From NCBI GenBank assembly GCA_030390025.1, contig CM059432.1:16928001-16992000 (forward strand): a DNA stretch of 64,000 nt, read 5' to 3'. A program made the translations under genes and the position numbers. Below, piece by piece: positions 37,482 through 47,845 of this stretch (position 1 is its first letter; the number at the start of each line of letters is the position of its first letter). The notes under the pieces are model-generated. The model searched no databases. It was not told the origin of the DNA and saw nothing but the letters and a program-made list of their open reading frames with translations. Source of the DNA: Squalus acanthias (lineage: Eukaryota).

Positions 37482-39393
37482 CAACAATTGTATTGTTTCA
37501 GGTCCCTGAATGTCTTCTCACAGAGTTCACAGTTTGATCTAATTTAGTCAAATTGAAGGAGTGGAATGGGTCAGTTGGTCACAGATTTTTTTAGTGAAAT
37601 GTGGAAGAAAAAATGTGAACAAGACTTCAATATAGGCATTCCCTCATAAGGTACAGTGTGTATCAAGCTGTTGGGAACACACTATCTATCCTTGGATTCA
37701 AAAGTTGTGGATCTGTCTCAGTCCCTGACAGTAATTAAATCAGACAGTTATCAAATAGAATTTTTTCCTGTTAGAATTAGTTGCTCATCAATATCTATCT
37801 CCTTCAGATACCACTGATCTTACACCATTTTAGTCAGTCTAATTCCTGAGACATAAGCCAAGTGCTTATTACTGACCTTTCACTACATATAAAATTTGTA
37901 TATATGTATGAAGGGACCAAATTTTTGGTAAGAAATATTATTTTTAAGCTGTGGTAGCCTTTTACTGGAATGAATTCAATTTCCAATATGTTGATATAGA
38001 TCTCAGAAATAAAACTTTCCACAGATTGTAGGTTTTCCTTTTCAAAGCAATAAATGCATTAAAAGCATTTCTCAAAGCACCACGCATCATTCTAATATTT
38101 AGATAAGACTTTTCTGGTAAAAATTGCAGCATGTCTTCAATACTAATGACAACAGAAACAGATCTGAAAACGAAAGCCTTGTTCATTAACTGTTTGTGCA
38201 CCAGGACCATTTGTGGGGCCATCCTGGTTAAAAGGAATCCTGGACAGAGTCAACACCTTTCATATAAAAAATCATAATGGCAACATAAACATTTGTTTAA
38301 CAAGTGAACAATTTCAGTTACATAAAACAATAAAAGCTATTCAATTTATATTGGGCAAATGTGATTTATCTCAATTCAGAATTAACAAATGCTTCAAATG
38401 AATGCTCTGTTATTGTTTATTACATATAACGCATTAATGAGACTATAATTTCACACTTCGGCTTTCTTAATCTATTCTATAACACACTATTTAGTGGTGT
38501 CACCATTCTGCAATATACCACTGCTTCGTGGAAAGCTAAGCTGCTGTACAAAGTGTAACAACAGACATTCATTCCGTGCCAAACAAAAAAAATATTGTTG
38601 AAAATCCAAATGAAAGCACTGAATCAGGTGTATGCCACTGCAACGGATGGATTGCGGGGGAGGGAGATGTGTTCACATATTTCTAAAAAAGGTACCGAAA
38701 ATGAAACTCCTCAATTCAGGAACAACGAAATAAACGAATCCCTCCCCTCTGGAGAAACAAAACCTTCGGAAAAAACAGGAGAGAAAGCAGGTAGTGCGGA
38801 TCAATAGCCGCAACTCTCCTCTGCATATACTGTTAACTGCAATATGTACACAACCAATTGAGGCACGCACCGTATACACACATACACTTCACTGATCGCA
38901 GCCTTTGCAAATGCAGTAAAAGTGCACGATGTTACTCACGCGCACACACACACACAAATACATACCCCAGGCCCAAATACAACAAAACCCCAACACTTCA
39001 AATAATCACCTCTGGTGATATTTTTTTTTTTGCCCACCGCTATCAGGACCAGAATGAACTTGGTGTCAGGGGAAAAAAAAAATACAAAACCGTCTGCTTA
39101 CATCTGTTGCACTTTATTTATGCAAGAATTAAAATTTAAAAGTCCACCCCCCCCCCCACCTCTCTCCTTCCTTTCTGAAGGGCCGGACAGAGGGAAGAAC
39201 AAGGATTGCGGGCGACACTCTCCCTCCCCATCCATCCTGGCGCTGCAAACTTCGCCACTCCAAACAGCATTCAGTTATTAAACACCCTTTTCCTACCAAC
39301 GGCTTTGTGTGTGTGTGAGGGAGGAGAGAGAAAAACATCAGACACCTCCCCTCCGTGGTTTAACATTTAAAACAAAAAATAACACTCACTTAC

Positions 39394-39760
39394 TTTCTGT
39401 TCAGTTAAAGGAGGAAAAAAAATCCGCTGCTCCGGAGAAGCCGTTGTGTTCTGCCAGGCAATACTTGCAGAAGACAACACCACAAAAAAAAAATCATGAG
39501 GAGGAGGGGAGGGAAAAAAAAAGGTTTTTCAGATTCCGGCCGCGTTTTCTTTGACACACACGCACGCTCCGCAAAAAAAAATAATACCTCAGCGGAGCTC
39601 CCTCCTCCCCTGCCCTGCCACCAGCCGCCGCCGCTCTTGCCACCTCCTCCTCCTCCTCGCTTCCCTCTGTCTCGCTCTCTCTCAGCCCAACGGCTGACAA
39701 GCCGCCGGCCGCACTGGACGCTGGGAGGCATTGTCAGCTCTCCAAAATGGCGGCTGTGAA
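39394..39760 (-). other. Candidate first (5'UTR) exon of an unidentified host gene
   Basis: GGA/GGC-repeat leader downstream of the YY1 motif, ending in ACAGAAA|GTAAGTGAG and followed by T/GT-rich intron-like sequence. TSS is approximate. Confidence 0.6.
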
Positions 39761-39835
39761 GAGAGGTGGAGAAGCAGTTCGACACGCGCAAAAAAACACC
39801 CAGCGAGTCCAACAACTCGCTGCTCCCGCCAATGT
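39530..39835 (-). promoter_or_regulatory. CpG-island promoter with YY1-like and E2F-like motifs
   Basis: Non-repeat CpG-rich segment. CAAAATGGCGGC at 39743-39754 reads GCCGCCATTTTG on the minus strand. CTCCCGCCAAT near 39824-39834. Confidence 0.7.
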
Positions 39836-41589
39836 TAGTCAATTCTTTCCAGCGGTCAATATCTTTTATCAATTTTATATTTCATGTTTTACCTATTGCC
39901 ACTGAAACGTCTTTTGTGAAAGAATGCACTTGTTTATTTTTTTTAAATATAAAAAAAAAATCCCCACACTTCATAAAAGATGGTTATTTTTTTTGTTGAA
40001 AACATTCTTATTTAAAAAAAATAGTTTCCTTGCAATTTTTTTTAAAACAAACATTCAAGCAATTTTCTCTCCCTCTTTCTGTGGAATGCACCGTCTGAGA
40101 GGGTGGTGGAGGCAGATTCAATCGTGGCTTTCCAAAAGGAAGGGGGACTTGGATAAGGACCTGAAAAAAAATTGCTGGGGGGGGAGTGGGACTAGCTGGA
40201 GTGCTCTTGCAGAGGCTCGACGGGCCGAATGAATGGCTTCCTTCTGTGCTGCATCCATTCTATGATTCTCCATTCAGCAACGAACGGTTTCTGCTGGTGG
40301 TTGCAACTGTCACGAAGTTACAGTTTTGTCATTGACTGTAAGGCGGTTCCCAAATGATGGCATGGATTTGGAGTCCCGTTGCAATGTCCCTTGTTGTTTC
40401 TTATGGAACATTACCGTGGATTGTGTGGGGAGGTCGGGCCCTGTTGATTATCAGGAGGGAGGGAGGGGTGTGGAGGCCACCGGACAAGAGGTCCCCCATT
40501 GTGGTGAGAAAATTGAACCCTGATTTACTGTATAAAATGGGAGGGTACAGTACTTTGAACAAAAAGTATTTCCTTTTAGTTATCGAGGAACTCACTAGAA
40601 ATATGTTACTCGTATTTTAATCTGACAACTGTGCACATTTTTCTTTGCATACCTAGCAATTGTGTATCTATAAATACTGCACATCCTTCCTGTCCGCAAG
40701 CCTTACTTCCTCTGTCATAATTTTGAGTTACGCTTTTGTGTTAACATTTAACATTGAAACCTCCTTTGTAAACATTTAGAATGCAACAACCCAAGAGGAA
40801 CATGTCAACAAATCGTCATCAAGAGGAGAGGCACAGGCAGAGGGGTTAGGGAGGGAATTTTGTAAAGTGAGACTTAGGCGGCACAGTGAGCCATAAAGAG
40901 ATGGATGCACAAGAGACCAGAGTCAGAGAAACAAAGATTTTGGGGAGGGATTGGATTGTAGGGCTAGAAAAGGTTACTTAAATAGGAAGAGGTGAGACAA
41001 TGAAAGGGTGACAAACAAGGATAAATTTGAAGCATTGGAAAACAAGGAGCTACTGTCGGTCAATGAGGATGGGGTGATGGGTAGCAGAACTTAGTGCTGG
41101 ATAGGATAGGATATGTACAGAAGAGTTTCAGATGAGCTCACATTTATGGAGAATGGGTTGCCAGCCAGGAGACCAATGGAGTGATTGAGTCGGGATTAAG
41201 AAAAGGCATCTAAGGGTTTCAGCAGCAGGTGGTGAAAATTAGCCTAATGTTTATTTCTCTTTTTTTTGCTTCTCCCAGGAGATTGTGTGACTGGTTGGTA
41301 TGGGAGGGGTCGGATGGGGGTTATGGTGTGCATAGGTTGTACCATGGAATATGGGACATGTTTGATGGACCAGTTGGTCTTTTCCCGTCCTTCAATTTTA
41401 GGATGACCATATGTCCCCGTTTTCTAGGGATAGTCCCAGATGAGGTACTATGTCCCCAGAAGAGTCCCCAGTTAACGAAACTTGTCCCCAAATACCCTAG
41501 CTGCCATTTTATTTGAATGAGCTCCATTCAGCTTAATTGCAGCTCGCGTAAATCCGTGCCCACAGTCGGACTCAGAGACGGACCCACTG

Positions 41590-41812
41590 TTGATTGACAG
41601 ATTCTCTGCCCATTGGCAGCAATGGACCAATGAAAGGACAGATCACGGTTTGTGATGACAGTTTGGCTTTGACTAAATTGGCCTTGGCTTGAACCAATGA
41701 AAGGACAAAGTGGGGGTGGGGGGGTGAGTGCTGGCCAATGGGGTGGTTGTGTTTGCACAGGAGGTGTGACGGTTGTGTTGTCTGTGTGAGCTGGAGCCCA
41801 GGGACAGTGAGG
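41590..41812 (+). promoter_or_regulatory. CCAAT-box cluster, candidate divergent promoter and first exon
   Basis: ATTGG/CCAAT at 41612, 41627, 41677, 41694 and 41735, a G-rich GT box at about 41711-41726, and a possible donor GAGG|GTGCGT at 41812/41813. Confidence 0.45.
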
Positions 41813-42093
41813 GTGCGTTAATGTGCAGAGTGGAAGTGTTTTAGTGTCTGCCTCTGTAATTCGGCAGACAGGGCTCGATACCTCAATGTCACTCAGTCCT
41901 AAGAGAACAGTGCCAGCCTGAGGCTAAACATGGCTCTGTGTGTATGTGTATGTAGAAGGGGCTGTCTTTATTCCTGAGGATAGCGGAACTGCTGCGCACC
42001 ATTTTCATTATAATAATGCCATAGGCAAGCAGCATGGTAATCCCCTGCCCTCAACCATCTCTGTGCCAAGGCAACCCCCTCGTCCCCAGTCTT

Positions 42094-42207
42094 TTTGTGA
42101 CAGGAGGGCCCTTTTCCCTCACTGTGCCAGGGTGATTCCCCCTCCCCAATAATCTGTTTGTGACAGGAGGGCCCTTTTCCCTCACTGTGCCAGGGTGATC
42201 CCCCTCC
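42094..42207 (+). repeat. Two-copy ~64-bp direct repeat
   Basis: TTTGTGACAGGAGGGCCCTTTTCCCTCACTGTGCCAGGGTGAT occurs twice. Confidence 0.9.
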
Positions 42208-42467
42208 TCATTAATCTTTTCTTGAAACGCAGAGATAGCACAATCATTAATAAATCTGTGAAAAAGAAATGTCTTGGGCAGTGATGTGAAGAGACTTTCT
42301 GAATAGGCTATATAGACAGTGGGTATTAAAACCCTAACAATTCTCTTCAGCACAAAATGAGACCATTTAGCCCATTGTTTCTATGCTGGCTCTTTGCTAA
42401 GGCGTTTTAAAAACCTCCCACTGCCCTGCTCTCCTCTACGACACTGTATCTTCCTCTGCTTCAAATA

Positions 42468-42736
42468 CAGGAATCCCGCCCCCACCGCGGTTTTGCCAGA
42501 CCCGGATTTCAAGTATACACGGTTTCCTCTCTGCGACAACGTTTGCCAACCGCGGCACTGAATTTTGCGTATACGCGGTTTTTAATTTAGGATTAAGGTA
42601 AATAACATGATTTTATTGCTTTTATATTCTTTTTTATTGTGTTATTTGAACATTTATACTGTATTTGCCAACCGCGGTTTTACTAACCACGGGGATTTTC
42701 AGGGACGTAGCCCCCGCAGTTGGGGAGGGATCCCTG
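42468..42736. mobile_element. 269-bp pogo/Tigger-type MITE
   Basis: TA|CAGGAATCCCGCC...GGAGGGATCCCTG|TA: imperfect ~23-bp TIRs and a TA TSD, inserted in a CR1 tail. Confidence 0.8.
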
Positions 42737-43946
42737 TATTTACCTTTAAAAGATACAATAGTCATTGCTTCAACTCTGTGGCAAAGCATTCCATGCGTCA
42801 ACTCTCTGAGTAAAGACATTTTTCTTAACCTTCCTCCTCATTCTCTTCGTGACAATTTTAAATTGATGACCTCTTGTCACTAACTCCCCATCTTCTGCCA
42901 TAATGTGGCTCGGTGTCAAATTTTGTATTATAACGCTCCTGTGAAGTGCCTTGGGATGTTTTACTATGTTAAAGGCACAATATAAATACAAATTGTTGTT
43001 ACTATTCTCTGCTCCAGTGGAAATAGTCCCAAGTATCTCAAGTCTTCTCCTCATAACTATAGTTTTTCATTGCTGGAATCATCCTAGTGAATCTTTTCTG
43101 TATACGCTCTATGGCTTTAATGTCCTTTCAACAAAATTGCACACAGTACTCTTAACTGTGACCCAGATATTGCCTTATACAAATTTATCATCACCTCTTT
43201 GCTCTTATACCATATGCCCCTATATATAAAACCCAAAATGCTACTGCCATTTTTATGCTGTTATCTACCTGCGTTCACACTTTTGGGGAATTATGTATTT
43301 AAATCTGTAGGTTTCTCTGTTCATCCATATGCTTCAGGATCGTTCCACTGAGTGAATAGTCTCCTTTGTTTTTCCTCCCAAAATGTATTATCTCACACTT
43401 ATCCACATTAAATTGCATCTGCCACCGATCTAGCCATTCCACTATCCTTATCTGCGTTACCCTGAAATCTTTAATAATCCTTCTTGCATTTTGCCAAACT
43501 CCCTACTTTTGTGTCATCAGCACATTTTCATATGGTGCACCTTATGCTCACATCCAAATCATCTATATATAACAACAAAACTGGACCATGCACTGACTGC
43601 TGGGGTAGACTACTTCCAACCTTTCTCCACCTATTTACCCGAACTGCTTGTTTCTTGTCTGTCAACTAACTTCCTGACAATTTGCTATATTTCCTCTTGG
43701 AGCACATGTCTGAACTTTTGTAACAATACTCCTGTGAGATACTTATCAAATCCGCCTGCACGCATTCCCTTTTTCTATGCAATTGTTCACTTCAAGAATC
43801 TCTATCAAATTTGTCAAGCACAAGTTACCTTTAACAAATCCATACTGACTGTCCTTGATTGACCCATGCGTTTCTAAATGCTCAATAATTTTATGAATTC
43901 TAAGAGATTGCTGATATTAGACTCTGTCCTGATGTTTTTTCCCATC

Positions 43947-43983
43947 AGTTCTGATGAAAGGTCGTCGACCTGAAACGTTAACT
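43947..43983 (+). ncRNA. Minimal type-I hammerhead ribozyme motif (family A)
   Basis: AGUU-CUGAUGA-A-AGGUC-GUC-GACCU-GAAA-CGUU-AACU. Intact core, palindromic AACGUU in place of stem III. Confidence 0.78.
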
Positions 43984-44443
43984 CTGTTTCTCTCTCCACT
44001 GCCTGACCCGCTGAGTGTTTCCAGCATTTTCCCTTTTTTTTTACTGGTGTGAGGCTAACTGGTCTATTGTTATCCAGTTTATCCTTCTCTCCCTTTTAGA
44101 TCAGAGGTATTACATTATCTCACCTCCAGTCTCATGGCTAAAGTTGCAGAGCCTCTGTTATCATCACTCCAACCTCCTTCAACAGCCCAGGGTGCATGCC
44201 ATCAAGGTGTGGGGACTTATCCACCTTGAGTTCTGCTAATTTTTTCAGAACCGATTTGGTTTCTACAGTTATCTGTAACAGTTGTTCCATATCCTCCTCA
44301 AGTACACCTACATTCTCATTTCCACCATCATCAGTAAAAAAAAAACACAAACTATTATTTAATATCTCTGCCATACCTTCAGCCTCCACAGCTAGATTTC
44401 CCCTTCATCCATAAGCAGTCCTAGCTTCTTTTTAGCTATTCTT

Positions 44444-45023
44444 TTACTTATCATATGCATACAAAAGCTCTTACTATTTCCTTTAATATTATCACATCCA
44501 ATTTGGACTCTCAGGACTCAAACTAAATATAATTCCTATCCCCCAATGTTTATACAGAAGGCAGTCCAAAATCAGTTCATGTGCCTGGAGGTGTTACATT
44601 ACCTGGAGGACGCATACACTGATTTTTGATTAACAGTGGAAATCCACAGGAGTCTTGTATCAGCTATTTATACTTATTGATGCAAAACTCCATCATAGTC
44701 AAGACAAAGGCAATATGTAACACACATCTTTTAGGCAGGTCAAAGCCACATTTATTTTCATAGGAGCATTTAAATTGATAGATTATTTTCCAAAATGTGG
44801 TTTGACGGTAAGGGCAGATCATAGATATGAGCATGAGTTCCTTCGGAATTTGTCAGTTTTATAATGCATCCTGTAACACCTCCAGGCACGTGAACTGATT
44901 TTGGACTGCTTTCTGTATAAACATTAGGGTATAAGAATTATATTTCGTTTGAGTCCTGTGAGCCCAAATTGGATGTGATAATATTGAAGGAAATAAGAGC
45001 TTTTGTAAGCATATGATAAGTAA
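44444..45023. repeat. Long imperfect inverted repeat (~155-bp arms, ~273-bp spacer)
   Basis: 44444-44598 is the near reverse complement of 44872-45023, e.g. GCAGTCCAAAATCAGTTCATGTGCCTGGAGGTGTTACA vs TGTAACACCTCCAGGCACGTGAACTGATTTTGGACTGC. Confidence 0.92.
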
Positions 45024-45369
45024 CAAAAACATTTTTTAAATGAATAAAGGAAAGGTTCAAGTCTCACACTGGTACTTTTTCCTGATTGAAAAGAATGGGA
45101 GCACAGGTATGTGTGACTGTCGCTACCTCTCTCTCCTCCTTTGAGTCGCTCCTTAAAACCTCCCTCTTTGACCAAGCTTTTGGTCACCTGCCCTAATATC
45201 TCTTTATGTGGCTCGGTGACAAATTCTGTTTGATAATGCTCCTATGAAGCATCTTGGGATGTTTTACTTAGAAATAATAGAGGCATGCAGGATACAGCTG
45301 CACCAAAGGATAGGGCCAACTAGAAGATACTCGTCCACTAGAGTCCACAGACCATTAAGAGAAAGATTG

Positions 45370-47845
45370 AGTGGTAAAGGGGAATGTTGGCCCATTAGAG
45401 ACAGATACAGGTAAGACAATAAAAAATGGCCAACTTAAATTAGAACTCTGTATCCATTTCACAGTGGTGGAAGAGGTCAAAATACCAGCAGTGCAAGGGA
45501 ACTTAAAACTAGGTCAAGGGGTATTTAATATAAGTAAAAAATTGGCAATGGGACTTGATGGTTTCCACCCCAGAGGATTTAAAGAAATAGGTAAAGAAAT
45601 TCCAGGTGCAGTAGTAATAATTTTCCAAAGCTCTCTAGCTTCAGGATTGTGCCTTTGGATTGAAAATTACAAATGTCACTCTATTATTGAGGAAATGAGG
45701 GAGGTAACAACAGACCCACCAGTTTAACATTAATCGTGGAGACATTATTGGAATTTATCATGTGACAGAGTGACTGAGCATTTGGACTCTATGGGCTGGA
45801 TTTTGTCAATGGGGACGTGATGGAGGCGGGACTCCCACTTTTTGGGTTGTAGTCCCGCCTCCATTGACTTGTGGCCAACCCACTGTATTTTCCCTTGATT
45901 GACCTTGTTAAGCCCGCCCAGCGGGCTTAGCAGGCCAATCAAGGGTCCCTTGGATACAGGTGACGTCAGCCATTGAAATTTCATCTGTCAAGAGCTTTTG
46001 ACAGATGAAATTTCAGCGTTTGACAGCTCTGTGAAGCTGTCAAACACTGACAATATGGTTTCTAACGTGAGTCCCTGTACTTCGACTCAGTTAGAAATCA
46101 ATCCAGCACAGAAAGCAGAACTGCAGCTTTTGACAGCTCAGCGGCCATTCTGCTTTCTGTGCCGGTGAGATTTCTGACTCCCGAGACCTGAAGGGCTGAC
46201 ACCTGCAGGAGGAAGTTAAGGTAAGTAAAACTTTTTTCCACACTTTACACTTACCTTACACACTTACCTCTGCACACATGCACCCATCACTCACCTGCCC
46301 ACCGGACATATCGACCCCTCCAACCCCTGCAGACCCACGGTCCGCCTCACTAAAACGGCGTGGTTTGGAGCCATCGGGTAGCCCACACTTCAGGGCTAAA
46401 AATAGGGATTAGGCAACAAACTGCCTGTTAACTACCTGTTAACAGGCAGTTAATTGTCACTAATCCCCTTCCCGCCTCGGGGAGGCGGCTCCCAGCGCAG
46501 GTCGGGTACCCGCCTCCTGTGAAACTGGCATGGAGGCAGGATGGGTTCGGGATCCCCGAATCTGCTATTTTCCCACCCCACACGCCTCCAAACCCGCCTC
46601 CACGGGCCGGTGAAAATTCTGCCCTATGAGATGACCAAAGAGAGTCAGTGTGGATATATGAAGGATAGGTCATGTCTAACTAATCGAGTTACATTTTTTC
46701 AGGAGGTCACTAACATGGTTTACAGAGGATGTATGGACCTCCAGATGCCATTTGATAAGGTTCCACGCATGTGATTATTTGCAAAATTTAAAGGGCACGG
46801 AGTTGGAGGTAACCTTGGGACATGGATTGGTAATTGGTTTGGAGGTAGGAGAGAGAGTAGGGATAAAAAGAATGCGTTCTCATTACTGGAATGTGACAAG
46901 TGGTGTTCTGCAGCGATATGTACAGTGCCCTAGGTTTTCACTATATATCTTAATAACTTGGATGAAGGAGTAGAGAGTTGTATTTCAAAGTTTGTAGATG
47001 ATATTAAGTTATGTGGCATAGTTGTGTAGGTGGGAGTAAGATGTTACCAAGGGCCATAGACAGACTAAGCAAAACTATGGCAGATGGAGTTCAATGCAGT
47101 GAAGTGTGTGTAAGACACATCAAAATATTTTCTTAATGGTGAGAGACTAGGAGAAAAAGGATTTAAAGTGTGCATGTATACAAATCACTAAAAGCTAGTG
47201 CGCAGGTACAAAAAGTAATCAAAAATGTTGGAATTTTGGCCTTTATCTCGAGGGGATTGAAATTCAAAAGTGAGGAAGTGCTGTTTCAGTTGCAGAGAGT
47301 CTTGATCAGACCCTATCTGCATTCATTTTGGGCACTGAACCTCAGAAAAGATATACTAGCCTTGGAGTGGGTACAGCGTAGCTTCATCAGAATGATACCA
47401 GGGCGTAAAGGGTTAAATTATGAGGAGAGCTTGTATAAGCTTGGTTGTATTCCCTTGAGTTTAAAAGGTTTAGGGGTAGTCTAATCGAGATATTGAAAAT
47501 GGTAAAGGGATTCAATAGGTTAGATGCAGAAAAACTATTTCCTCTGGTGGGGGAATCCAAAACAAGGGGCCATAATCTTTAAATTAGAGCTAGGCCACTT
47601 AGGAGTGAAATCAGGAAGCACTTTTTCACACAGAGGGTAGTGGAAATCTGGAATTTCCCAACAAGGCCGTGGATGCTGGGTCAATTGAAATAATTAAGAC
47701 TGAGATCGATAGATTTTTGTTAGCTAAGAATATCAATGGACATGAAGCAAAGGCGGGTAAATGGAGTTGACGTACAGATCAACCATGATCTAATTGATTG
47801 GCAGAACAGACTTGAGACTGAATTGCCGACTCCTGTTCCTATGAC
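45370..47845 (+). mobile_element. Decayed CR1 LINE interrupted by a MITE
   Basis: KGNVGPLETDTG, DRSCLTN..FFQEVT, FDKVP and the CR1 tail. Confidence 0.85.
45793..46624. mobile_element. Harbinger-type MITE
   Basis: TIRs GGGCTGGATTTT and AAAATTCTGCCC; 3-bp TSD TAT (45790-45792, 46625-46627). The CR1 sequence resumes across it. Confidence 0.8.

Larger units (their letters stand above)
42350..44480 (-). mobile_element. Old decayed CR1 LINE with nested insertions
   Basis: Minus-strand VTRGHQFK..NVFTQRV and LKVDKSPHLDGMHPGLLKEV. Confidence 0.8.

Noticed and set aside
39405..39872. 155-aa Gly/Arg-rich ORF and overlapping Pro-rich ORFs
   Set aside because: Low-complexity translations of a GC-rich leader with no recognisable domain.
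39747..39905. Plus-strand ORF starting AAAATGGCG (MAAVKRGG...)
   Set aside because: Short, runs into AT-rich sequence with no clear donor; the ATG is better explained as part of a YY1 motif, though not excluded.
41399..41499. hAT/Blackjack-like MITE (TAGGATGACCATATGTCC...ACCCTA)
   Set aside because: Termini too degenerate and no TSD seen.
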